From positions 64,001-128,000 of the IMG/VR virus record IMGVR_UViG_2706796753_000001: 64,000 nt of DNA, one strand, 5' to 3'. Both the position numbers and the translations under genes were made by a program. Below the pieces are notes generated by a model. It was not told where the DNA came from. It saw nothing but the letters and a program-made list of their open reading frames with translations, and searched no databases. Positions 36,984 to 45,664 of this stretch are shown in pieces (position 1 is the stretch's first letter; each line of letters opens with the position of its first letter). This stretch comes from a virus. Lineage: Duplodnaviria > Caudoviricetes.

Positions 36984-39089
36984 ATGTTGAAAATATTGTT
37001 CGCGCAAGAATTCATCAGAGAAGACCACATGAAGATACAGAAGGATAAAACGTTAAAAAACGTCTTTCTATCTACCGATGCAGGTGGTATGCTAAAGTCC
37101 TTAATAACAACAGGACTTGGCTTAAAGAGGGACGAATTTTACATTGACTACGCATTCCATAAAGTACCTAGAGTAACAAAACGGGGAAGAAACAACAGAG
37201 CGACGCAATATGCACAGCCTAAGACAAAAGAACTTAACCCAGAGTTCGACGAGTTCCGAGCCAGAATTATTCGGGATAAGCCAGACATCGTTGTCCCCTC
37301 AGGTAACTTAGGGTGTAAAGCACTTATCAACAAGGCTTCTATCTCTACTGTACGTGGTGTACCTAGAAAAGAGATTATCACCTCTAGTCTTACAGAAGAG
37401 ACTCATGAGTGTTGGATTCTTCCTATGTATTCGATGGAGTACATGTTAGTAAGTCCGAAGATTCAAAACTTAGTAGAAGCAGACTTAGGGATTTTAAAGA
37501 AATACATAACAGAAGGCGAAGTAGCATTCCTACCGAAAGAGGTAACCTATGAGGATGCTATAACAATTGAACGAGTTAGGGAGATATTCCAAAAAGAAGT
37601 TAAGAACGCTCCTGTAGTCGCATGGGACTTAGAGACCAATACATTACATCCAGAGCGGATAGGTGCGAAGCCTCTTGTAATCTCCTTATCTTGGAAAGAA
37701 GGTCAAGGTGTAACCATCCCGCTAGAGCATAAAGAGTTCACATGGCATATGGGATACTTGGCAGAGATTTATAAAATGATTGAAGAGTTTGTTGGCGACC
37801 CAAACATTATAAAGGTCGCGCATAACGGTAAGTTCGATATGAGATTCCTACGTCTTACTAGAAACATCACCGTATTCAACAATGTACGAGATACGAAAAC
37901 GATGTACTATTTACTAGTTAACCAAGACGTAAAAGGTTCATTAAAATTATCGGATTTGACATATGAATTTACCGATATGGGTGGATATGATAGAGCTCTA
38001 GAGGATTTCAAAAAGAAGTACCTTGAAGATGCTAAGAAGCAAGATGATATCCGTATCAAGAAGTTAAAAGAAGAATGGAAGACTCAATGTGATAGAGACC
38101 GAGCAGAGGCTAACGAGAAGATAAAAGAGTACCGAGCAGAACTTCGAGAGCTTAACAAACAGATAAAAAGCGATGAAAGGGTTAATCAATCCTCAACGAA
38201 AGAGCGTTACATGCGCCGAAACGACCTCACAACGCTTATCGCAACTACGAAGTATGTTAAGCCTAAGATGCCCGATTTTGGTACAGCTAGAGCGCCTAGA
38301 AACGAGATTGACGGGGAAGACTTCAACTACGAATGGATTCCATTATTCGAAATGCTTTCTCCGTACGCTAGTGGTGACGTAGACGTGTGTTTACGTATTT
38401 ATAATGCATTAGCCGCTCGATGCACAAACAAAGGTCTAGCGAAGATTGAAGCCCTTTATACGGGGCATTATCCTGAGCTTGTTAATGTACTTGCTAAAAT
38501 TGAGGCAACAGGTATCAAACTGGACATTCCGTACGTTAAGCATCTAGCTAAGGTGTATACGGAAGAAGAAAACAGATTACTAGGTCTGATTCGTGAGTTT
38601 GATTTGATTAAGCAAGTAGAGGAAGAGAAAGATGCTTTATACGCTCTAGCTGTAGAGGAGATGTTAAAAGCTCCGAAAGACCGTGATAAGGAAATCCTTA
38701 AGCTCCGCAATAAGCTTAAAGACGAAGAGGATAGGTTCTTTAATCCTAACTCATCGGAAGATAAGCAAAAAGCGATGTACAAGCTAGGTGGTATTGTTCT
38801 ACCGTTTAACCGTGAGTACCTAGTAGACTCTGCGGTAGAGAACAACCTAGAAGAGCATGAGATTGAATGGTATCACTATAAGGCAGATAAACACGCGTTC
38901 GAATACATATCAGAGAATTACCCAGAACATAAAGAACTAGCGGATTTATTCCTAGAGTTCTCATTAGTTAAAACGCGTAAACAAAGTTTCACATATAAGT
39001 TCCTTACAATGGTAGACCATAATGATATCCTGCACGGTTCATTCAACTCGGAAGGTACAGAAACAAGTCGTCTATCATCAGCAGCGCCT
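36984..39089 (+). CDS. polA: Family A DNA polymerase, exon 1 (UDG-like N-terminal domain, 3'-5' exonuclease, start of polymerase domain)
   Basis: WDLET (ExoI), HNGKFD (ExoII), YASGD (ExoIII), TETSRLSSAAP ending at the splice junction; 702 codons. Confidence 0.93.
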
Positions 39090-39945
39090 AAACAGAGTAG
39101 GATTGGGCGCTTTAAACTCCGTGAATTCAGAGGAAGCCTAAGTCGTAAGATATGGTAATTCTGAGCCAAGCTTAACAGGGATGTTAAGAAGGTGCAACGA
39201 CTAATGTATACGGACTAGAACAGTCTATGAAACAACACGAGCGCGGAGGAGTCTAGTAATGTGGTGTTACTGGAGGTACATAATGTTTCAAGAAGAGTGG
39301 AAAGATGTAACAGGTTTTGAAGATTACTACGAAGTGAGTAATAAAGGCAGAGTTGCAAGTAAACGTACAGGAGTTATCATGGCTCAATATAAAATCAATA
39401 GCGGATACTTATGCATCAAATTTACAGTGAATAAGAAAAGGACGAGCCATTTAGTTCATAGGTTAGTAGCTAGAGAGTTTTGTGAAGGTTACAGTCCAGA
39501 GCTAGATGTGAATCATAAGGACACTGATAGAATGAATAATAACTATGATAACTTAGAATGGTTGACCAGAGCTGATAACTTGAAAGATGTTAGAGAGCGA
39601 GGGAAATTAAACACCCATACTGCACGAGAAGCGTTAGCCAAGGTGTCTAAGAAAGCTGTGGATGTGTATACGAAAGACGGTAGTGAATACATAACAACAT
39701 ATCCATCTGCTACAGAAGCTGCGAAAGCTCTAGGAGTGCAGGGAGCGAAAATATCTACTGTGTGTCACGGTAAACGACAACATACGGGAGGTTACCATTT
39801 TAAATTCAACTCATCAGTAGACCCAAACCGAAGTGTAAGTAAAAAATAAAAAAAAATACACCACATTACTAGATTTATGATATAGTCTGAACTATATGGA
39901 AACATATAGAAGTGATACTTAAATGGTATCACGGTAACATAATTG
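39090..39945 (+). mobile_element. Group I intron in the DNA polymerase gene (856 nt)
   Basis: 5' exon GCGCCU pairs with IGS GGGCGC (39105-39110) with a U-G at the splice site; terminal G 39945; P7 GACUA (39199)/UAGUC (39883); P8 tctagtaatgtggtgt/acaccacattactaga brackets the ORF; P9 ctatatg-gaaa-catatag; splicing restores SSAAP-NLQNLP. Confidence 0.93.
39283..39849 (+). CDS. I-BasI: Intron-encoded HNH homing endonuclease (NUMOD4-HNH-IENR1), I-BasI-like
   Basis: EEWKDVTGFEDYYEVSNKGRV; VHRLVA...VNHKDTDRMNN...NLEW; YPSATEAAKALG...ISTVCHGKRQHTGGYHF; GGAGG RBS; 188 aa. Confidence 0.88.
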   Translation: MFQEEWKDVTGFEDYYEVSNKGRVASKRTGVIMAQYKINSGYLCIKFTVNKKRTSHLVHRLVAREFCEGYSPELDVNHKDTDRMNNNYDNLEWLTRADNLKDVRERGKLNTHTAREALAKVSKKAVDVYTKDGSEYITTYPSATEAAKALGVQGAKISTVCHGKRQHTGGYHFKFNSSVDPNRSVSKK

Positions 39946-40938
39946 AACCTACAAAATCTTCCAAGGAAGACAGGGGACGTGTTCCGATTCGATTATCAGC
40001 ATCCTATTAAACGCGCATTCATTACTAGATTCGAAGGCGGAGCGTTAATCCAGCTCGATTATAGTTCCCTAGAGTCCCGTGTAATGGCATTAGATGCATA
40101 CGATGTCGATATGATTCGAGCATTCTTTAACGGAGAAGACGTACATAAGCAAACTGCATCATTCGTATTCCGTAAACCACAAGAAGAAGTAACAGATGAT
40201 GAGCGTTCAGCAGCTAAGTCTACTTCGTTCGGTCTTGCATACGGTGAGACACCACAGTCTTACTACAGTAAGCACGGTATGACATTAGAGCAAGCTACGA
40301 AACTATTCGATGACTTCTTCGCAGGGAAACCGCGACTTAAAGAATACATCGATGAGAATAAGGAACTTGCATTACAACAAGGTAATATTTCTTGTATGCA
40401 AGGATTCACTCGTAACTTACGAGATGTATACTCAAAAGATAAACAGAAACGTAATGCTGCACTTCGTCAGGCTACAAATACTCGCATTCAAGGTTCTGGT
40501 GCATTCTTAACGAATAACTCATTAATCTACATCAACAATATGATTGAGAAACTGAACCTACGCTCTCGTATCGTATTAACAGTACACGATAGTATCGTAA
40601 TCGACTGTCCACCAGATGAGATTGAATTAATGGCTCATATCGGTAAGAGGGTTATGGAGAACTTACCTATCGATTGGTTATGGATTGACTGGGAAGGTGA
40701 GAGACGTCGTTTCCCTATCACAGCAGACGTAGAGATTGGTATAACTTACAATGACATGGTAGATTACAAACCAGAAGACTTAAAAACATTCAAGTCTGTA
40801 AGAGGTTACTGTGAATTCTACGGTAAGAAGAAGCATATCAAGAACTGTAAAGGTTCTAAGGTTATTACAGAAGAGAAGATGGAAGAGTTATTCGAAGTGT
40901 TAGAAAAGAGTAAAGACTTATACCGACAAATCGCATAG
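39946..40938 (+). CDS. polA: Family A DNA polymerase, exon 2
   Basis: NLQNLP, DYSSLESR (motif A), RSAAKSTSFGLAYG (motif B), TVHDS (motif C); spliced product 1032 aa. Confidence 0.93.
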   Translation, partial: NLQNLPRKTGDVFRFDYQHPIKRAFITRFEGGALIQLDYSSLESRVMALDAYDVDMIRAFFNGEDVHKQTASFVFRKPQEEVTDDERSAAKSTSFGLAYGETPQSYYSKHGMTLEQATKLFDDFFAGKPRLKEYIDENKELALQQGNISCMQGFTRNLRDVYSKDKQKRNAALRQATNTRIQGSGAFLTNNSLIYINNMIEKLNLRSRIVLTVHDSIVIDCPPDEIELMAHIGKRVMENLPIDWLWIDWEGERRRFPITADVEIGITYNDMVDYKPEDLKTFKSVRGYCEFYGKKKHIKNCKGSKVITEEKMEELFEVLEKSKDLYRQIA

Positions 40939-40947
40939 GAGGTACGC

Positions 40948-41145
40948 ATGGGTTTACTAAAACAATTATTCTGTAAGCATCCGAAGGTTTCTGATTCCTT
41001 CGGTGTTTATAGTAAAAAAGAAGGTAATGATAATCTAGTAATTGAGTGGGAAGGTAAGAAGTGTGTAGATTGTGATAAATACTGGAGTAAGCATCAAATT
41101 AAAAAAATTGAAAGAAATTATTACGACCCGCTTGACTTTAAGTAA
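40948..41145 (+). CDS. Small putative Zn-binding protein
   Basis: LFCKH...CVDC; AGGAGG RBS. Confidence 0.72.
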   Translation: MGLLKQLFCKHPKVSDSFGVYSKKEGNDNLVIEWEGKKCVDCDKYWSKHQIKKIERNYYDPLDFK

Positions 41146-41167
41146 ATCTAGTATTATACTAAAAGTA
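41132..41167 (+). promoter_or_regulatory. SigA-type promoter with two copies of the palindromic motif
   Basis: TTGACT-17-TATACT; GACTTTAAGTA at 41134 and TACTAAAAGTA at 41157. Confidence 0.8.
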
Positions 41168-41190
41168 ACAAATGAAAGGGAGAGATTAAT

Positions 41191-41454
41191 ATGAATGGTA
41201 TTGCAGACTTAAGCAAACTAGAAGGATATAGCGAACTTCATGACACTGTGACTGTAGCTACATTACGGGACTTCGCAGAGCCTGTTAGGTTGGAGGTAGC
41301 ATTGTTCGACGTTATCGATGGCGCAGCGCATGTAGAGTTGTTTAGTAAAGATGAAGATGATGGGGATGTGGTATCGGTAGTTCTAACTGAGGAGAAAGTA
41401 GACGAACTAATCGAAGCACTCCAAAAAGCTAAGAAGCTTAAGGAGGAGCTATAG
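41191..41454 (+). CDS. Acidic hypothetical protein
   Basis: AAAGGGAG RBS. Confidence 0.75.
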   Translation: MNGIADLSKLEGYSELHDTVTVATLRDFAEPVRLEVALFDVIDGAAHVELFSKDEDDGDVVSVVLTEEKVDELIEALQKAKKLKEEL

Positions 41455-41455
41455 A

Positions 41456-41725
41456 ATGTTTATTGAAAGTATAGGGACTAGATTACTTCAAGATGTAGAT
41501 AATACTAAAGAAATGATGAGTATGGCATGCTACATCGCACACGGTAAGGACGTTAGAGTAGACTTTACAACGTTCAAAGAAACAGGGGAAACAATAACTA
41601 TATCGGCTGATGAGGATACAGTAGAGTTAGCTATCAAGAATCTACAAATGTTATTAGCAAAAGCCCGCAAAAAAGTAGAGTTAAGAGAGGATGGAGACCA
41701 TTGGCAGGAAATCGACAAAGTTTAA
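41456..41725 (+). CDS. Hypothetical protein
   Basis: AAGGAGG RBS. Confidence 0.72.
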   Translation: MFIESIGTRLLQDVDNTKEMMSMACYIAHGKDVRVDFTTFKETGETITISADEDTVELAIKNLQMLLAKARKKVELREDGDHWQEIDKV

Positions 41726-41976
41726 CTATATACTTTAATACAGAAGATGAAGGTACAGAGTTCGAGTATACGAATTGGTTTATCGAGGACGAGCTAGGAC
41801 ATCAAATCGATAGCGGCAGCGGAAAGAAGTATTTCTATGTCGGAGAAGTTTATACATATGATGAAGTGGAGTATATAGTACAGAACGTATATGATGTAGG
41901 AGGTTACACGGCAGTTGATGTCTCCACTCTAAAATTCGCAGATAACAAAGGCGGGTTGCTAGATGGGCTTAGATAG
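41701..41976 (+). CDS. Acidic hypothetical protein
   Basis: TTG start after GAGGATGGAG. Confidence 0.65.
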   Translation: MAGNRQSLTIYFNTEDEGTEFEYTNWFIEDELGHQIDSGSGKKYFYVGEVYTYDEVEYIVQNVYDVGGYTAVDVSTLKFADNKGGLLDGLR

Positions 41977-42048
41977 CTGGAAAACCAAATTAATAGAAGA
42001 GAACTTATTAACAGACGAACAAATGGGCTTTGAGCTTGGCAAACAAGA

Positions 42049-42306
42049 ATGATTATGGAAATGGAGTGTAATGAAGAAATGGGACTTAAAAACTATACAG
42101 GTGGTACATATTTTTGTAAGTCGGGTTTAGGGGATTCACTACGAATTGACCACGAGATTGACGAGAGTAGCTTAATGGACAGTACTGTTGCTCTAACTAT
42201 TCGTGATAACGGAGCGGCTGAGGCGTTCGATGTTATCTTAGACGTAGAGGATGTAGTAAAGGTTCGAGATGAAATGAACGAATTTTTAGAAAAGGTGGTA
42301 AAATAA
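42049..42306 (+). CDS. Acidic hypothetical protein
   Basis: ORF track; true start may be ATG 42079. Confidence 0.68.
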   Translation: MIMEMECNEEMGLKNYTGGTYFCKSGLGDSLRIDHEIDESSLMDSTVALTIRDNGAAEAFDVILDVEDVVKVRDEMNEFLEKVVK

Positions 42307-42309
42307 TAT

Positions 42310-42567
42310 ATGTTAGAGTCGAAACATAAATGGGCGTTTATTGGGGAAAGTGACAGTGAATTTACAAAAGGGCATACATATCGTACAGTAGACCGACATC
42401 ATACAAAATGGGCTAATATGTCAGAAGAAGAGTTCAGAAAGGAAATGAATGACGCATACCCTAATTACGATGCGTTAGAGGATGGTTACTTAATTTTTAT
42501 TGGTGATTCTGGAGATGAAGTTTTAGTAGACCGCAGCTACTGGTTAGTAAACTTCTATAAACTTTAA
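42310..42567 (+). CDS. Hypothetical protein
   Basis: AAGGTGG RBS. Confidence 0.7.
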   Translation: MLESKHKWAFIGESDSEFTKGHTYRTVDRHHTKWANMSEEEFRKEMNDAYPNYDALEDGYLIFIGDSGDEVLVDRSYWLVNFYKL

Positions 42568-42621
42568 TAGAAAGGGGTTGACGCCCCTTCTACTTTTGTG
42601 GTAGACTTTACTTAAAGTAAA
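42568..42621 (+). promoter_or_regulatory. Overlapping terminator hairpin, promoter and palindrome
   Basis: gaaagggg-TTGACG-ccccttc hairpin whose loop is a -35; TAGACT at 42602; TTTACTTAAAGTAAA at 42607-42621. Confidence 0.65.
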
Positions 42622-42644
42622 ATAAAATAAGAGGAGGAGTTATA

Positions 42645-42917
42645 ATGTTACATGTTGTGAGGTTCTATAGTGATTTAGATGAGTGCTACCGTTTTAGGGT
42701 GTTCAGTTCAGATGATATGGTTGAGATTACAGGTAAAGGGTTCGCTGATTTTCATAAAGATGTTGTGTACAAATTTTACGGTAAGAGTTACATACTAGAA
42801 AAAGAAGTGAACTGGTACTCTCATCATGAGTTTATTTTCACAGAAGTGTGTTCAACACCAACTAGCTTACTAGGGGATTGGGTAGTTACTGCAAATAAAG
42901 AGGAGGCGCTAGTATGA
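42645..42917 (+). CDS. Hypothetical protein
   Basis: GAGGAGG RBS. Confidence 0.72.
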   Translation: MLHVVRFYSDLDECYRFRVFSSDDMVEITGKGFADFHKDVVYKFYGKSYILEKEVNWYSHHEFIFTEVCSTPTSLLGDWVVTANKEEALV

Positions 42918-43225
42918 CAGGAACAGAAGCTTTAAGAGATAACATTACTTTTTATCTAAATGCAGAGCGACAGGCTACACAGCAGCTTGTACGATATATG
43001 AACATGCTAGATGATAAATACGATATTGAAATGCCTTTAAAAAATATATCATTTATAGACGATGGTAACGAAACACCAGTACCAGTCGAAGTTGCGTATA
43101 TAGACTACGACAATTACCTAATGGAGGTATCGTATACTCACCCGTATTCTGGTATTAAAACTATGACATGGGTAACGCTTGAGACTATTGCTAAATTCGC
43201 AACACTTACGGAGGTGCAAAAGTAA
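42914..43225 (+). CDS. Hypothetical protein
   Basis: GAGGAGG RBS, ATGA overlap. Confidence 0.72.
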   Translation: MTGTEALRDNITFYLNAERQATQQLVRYMNMLDDKYDIEMPLKNISFIDDGNETPVPVEVAYIDYDNYLMEVSYTHPYSGIKTMTWVTLETIAKFATLTEVQK

Positions 43226-43389
43226 TGGAAGCTGGGGTTAAGTATGAAGTGAATGGTTTTGAATATATGTGGAGCTTAATTTGTTATATGTACTCTCCTG
43301 TAGGAGAAGAAAAATGGGCAGTTATACCAACAGATTCATATCATATGGAAATTATCAAAGACTTGGAGGGAATGAACATTGAGAATTGA
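43225..43389 (+). CDS. 54-aa hypothetical protein (not in ORF track)
   Basis: GGAGG RBS, TAATG coupling. Confidence 0.62.
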   Translation: MEAGVKYEVNGFEYMWSLICYMYSPVGEEKWAVIPTDSYHMEIIKDLEGMNIEN

Positions 43390-43666
43390 TATTAGTAAAG
43401 TTGCGAATAAACAAAAAACGTACGAAATAGGAGATATTATCTGTATCGATAATGACGTATACACCATTGTACATATACCTTTATCGGATTTAGGCTCTAA
43501 AAAATACATGTTACTTGGAGCTGACAGCTACACTTTAGCCAATGGTCAATGGGAAGATATCGATGAGATGATGAGTAGCTTAGATAAGAGACTTAACACT
43601 CCTTGGCAACACTTCCCTAAGGACGAATATAAACTTGTTTTACAAAAAGTAGTTGACAGACTATAA
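43379..43666 (+). CDS. Hypothetical protein
   Basis: TTG start after GGAGG. Confidence 0.7.
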   Translation: MRIDISKVANKQKTYEIGDIICIDNDVYTIVHIPLSDLGSKKYMLLGADSYTLANGQWEDIDEMMSSLDKRLNTPWQHFPKDEYKLVLQKVVDRL

Positions 43667-43681
43667 CAAATATAGTAGAAT
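43653..43681 (+). promoter_or_regulatory. SigA-type promoter
   Basis: TTGACA-17-TAGAAT, followed by hairpin atagggaaga-ggaa-tcttctctat. Confidence 0.72.
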
Positions 43682-43726
43682 TATAGGGAAGAGGAATCTT
43701 CTCTATTTCTATTAAGGAGGGAAAAC

Positions 43727-43948
43727 ATGAATTTACGAGAGTTTGAAGAATTTATTGCGAATATACGTGCAGCAGGTGCTACAGATGAGACGAGAATCAT
43801 TTCGTACTCGTCAACTCCCTACGAGGAGATTGCAGACGTTGTGATGTTTGATAGAGACGATGATAGTATCATCATCCAAGATACGTATCCTACAGCAGAA
43901 GAGTTTAATATACGTGAAGTATTTATTTCGGGGGAGGCTTACCTATGA
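43727..43948 (+). CDS. Acidic hypothetical protein (paralog of 43945..44163)
   Basis: AAGGAGG RBS; GATD motif shared with the next ORF. Confidence 0.75.
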   Translation: MNLREFEEFIANIRAAGATDETRIISYSSTPYEEIADVVMFDRDDDSIIIQDTYPTAEEFNIREVFISGEAYL

Positions 43949-44163
43949 GACTGGATGACTTAGAAGTTTTATTAAAAGAAGCTAGGAAGCGCGGAGCTAC
44001 AGATAGTTCAGAAGTACATTTAGGTACAGACCATCCTTGGAATTTAACTGTCGAAACTGTATTTATCGATGGAGATAATGATGTCGTATTAGGTGACGCT
44101 GATGCTTTTTGGAATTTTCTTACGTATGACTTAGAAGAGGTAACAGAGCCAGAGGTAGAATAG
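43945..44163 (+). CDS. Acidic hypothetical protein (paralog of 43727..43948)
   Basis: GGAGG RBS; ATGA overlap. Confidence 0.75.
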   Translation: MRLDDLEVLLKEARKRGATDSSEVHLGTDHPWNLTVETVFIDGDNDVVLGDADAFWNFLTYDLEEVTEPEVE

Positions 44164-44173
44164 GAGGTAGCAG

Positions 44174-44701
44174 ATGGATATTAAGGTAGACAACTTGGAT
44201 TTTGATACGTTACGACTTATCGATGAGAACGGTCAGTATCAGCAGTATAACTTAAAACAAGAATTAAAGATTAATGAGAGCATTCTCCAGCAGGAAATGT
44301 TAGAGCAGCCATCGAAATACATATACTGGTCATCTCTATTAGAGAAGCTACGTTACTATCAAGAGCTAGAGGAGTTAAAACTAGAGAAGATTGTAGCTGG
44401 ACTAGATGGAGATGCAAGAGCATATATCAAAAAGAATGATGGTAAACCAACGAAAGACCAAGTAGATGCATACATAAAGCAGCAAGACGAATATATCACA
44501 CAAAGGCAACGATGCATTCATTATGACCATATCATAGGTCGTGTACAACGTATTGTAAAAGCCTTTGAGCAACGAAAAGACATGATTCAATCATACGGTA
44601 AACAAGTAGCTAATGACTGGTCATACGGTCACGGAGCGGGCTCTAAGAGTGAAATCGGCGATTACTCTCATAAAGTGCAGCCGCAAGTAGGAGGTTACTA
44701 A
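44174..44701 (+). CDS. Conserved helical protein, UvsY-like recombination mediator candidate
   Basis: ELKINE...EQPSKYIYW...VKAFEQRKDMIQS; conserved upstream of SSB/recA in herelleviruses. Confidence 0.65.
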   Translation: MDIKVDNLDFDTLRLIDENGQYQQYNLKQELKINESILQQEMLEQPSKYIYWSSLLEKLRYYQELEELKLEKIVAGLDGDARAYIKKNDGKPTKDQVDAYIKQQDEYITQRQRCIHYDHIIGRVQRIVKAFEQRKDMIQSYGKQVANDWSYGHGAGSKSEIGDYSHKVQPQVGGY

Positions 44702-44905
44702 GTGATTTCATATATAAAAGATTTGTATAATAGCCCCGCATATGCGGAATTGCGTGATTCTTTAGAAGTTTTAGAACCTGTACACTTTAAAGATAAATAC
44801 TACTCTTTCTGGTTTATTGAAGGTCACATAGAAGGAGTATTCATGGCTATGAGTCCAGAAGGTAAATACATCTTTACGTTGGAAGGGGAGATTGAATTAG
44901 TATGA
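44702..44905 (+). CDS. Hypothetical protein
   Basis: GTG after AGGAGG. Confidence 0.68.
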   Translation: MISYIKDLYNSPAYAELRDSLEVLEPVHFKDKYYSFWFIEGHIEGVFMAMSPEGKYIFTLEGEIELV

Positions 44906-45078
44906 GCCAGAAGTTATTTAACTTTCTAGTTATTGTAGGAATCCTTGTTCTAGTAGGCGGTGTCATTACGGGTATAGTTGCTTTAGAGCGTTACCGTTAT
45001 CACACGTTCTTAGAAGTAACACACTCTGATATCGGGTACTTCCAATGGAAACTGACTTTTGATAGTGGTAAAAAATAA
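44902..45078 (+). CDS. 58-aa membrane-anchored protein (not in ORF track)
   Basis: ATGA overlap; FLVIVGILVLVGGVITGIVAL transmembrane segment. Confidence 0.68.
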   Translation: MSQKLFNFLVIVGILVLVGGVITGIVALERYRYHTFLEVTHSDIGYFQWKLTFDSGKK

Positions 45079-45090
45079 AGGAGGGTATAT

Positions 45091-45384
45091 ATGTTTGGTT
45101 TAGACTTAGAATGGCTATCTGAACGATTCATTAAAGGTAATGCAGCTAATACAGAAGTAGGAGACAAAGTGTACATAAAAGGTTTAGACGGATTTGATGA
45201 GGTTATGTTTCCTCACATTGTACATGCAGTTGTAGCGCGAGACATCTCTTCTGGAGGTCAAGACGCTATCTATACAATGGAGGACAACAAACAAGAGTAT
45301 ATTCCTCCATCGGAACGTGGTATGTGTAAGATAACCTCATGGTATAAGAAGAAGCCATTCAATAATACCGTTCCTATGGAATGA
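45091..45384 (+). CDS. Hypothetical protein
   Basis: AAGGAGG RBS. Confidence 0.72.
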   Translation: MFGLDLEWLSERFIKGNAANTEVGDKVYIKGLDGFDEVMFPHIVHAVVARDISSGGQDAIYTMEDNKQEYIPPSERGMCKITSWYKKKPFNNTVPME

Positions 45385-45414
45385 AAAAAGTTTTAAAATA
45401 TTTTAAAAATTCCG

Positions 45415-45443
45415 TTGACTTTCTATTAGAATAATGGTATACT
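45415..45443 (+). promoter_or_regulatory. SigA-type promoter of the SSB-recA operon
   Basis: TTGACT-17-TATACT with extended TG and AT-rich UP element. Confidence 0.85.
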
Positions 45444-45475
45444 AATAGAGTACTAAACAAGAGGAGGAGAGAACG

Positions 45476-45664
45476 ATGACTAAAGGAAACCATGCAATGC
45501 CTAACAAAGGCGGGAAAGGAATGAAACGTAATCAACTCACAGACAGCAAGTTAACTGGACAAGCCGCTAATGCGACGATACAAGGAGCTAATAGCTCGTT
45601 AATATTACTACATAATAAAAACAAACAAAAATTAGGAGGCAATATAATATATGAATTTTGCTGA
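45476..45664 (+). CDS. 62-aa basic leader ORF overlapping the SSB start
   Basis: Strong GAGGAGG RBS; atypical composition. Confidence 0.45.
   Translation: MTKGNHAMPNKGGKGMKRNQLTDSKLTGQAANATIQGANSSLILLHNKNKQKLGGNIIYEFC

Noticed and set aside
39090-39158. C-terminal extension KQSRIGRF... of polymerase ORF 36984..39158, and the TTG start at 39943
   Set aside because: Both are intron sequence; the polymerase is spliced, not a pseudogene or two genes
39259-39282. Upstream ATG for the intron endonuclease
   Set aside because: It lies in the P8 stem; the GGAGG RBS supports ATG 39283
2091-40510. Alternate-frame + strand ORFs nested in large genes (2091, 7239, 9660, 15687, 22659, 38173, 40310)
   Set aside because: Fully overlapped by conserved genes, with no RBS or recognisable motifs
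41963-42052. 29-aa ORF filling the gap between 41701 and 42049
   Set aside because: Weak RBS and too short to support
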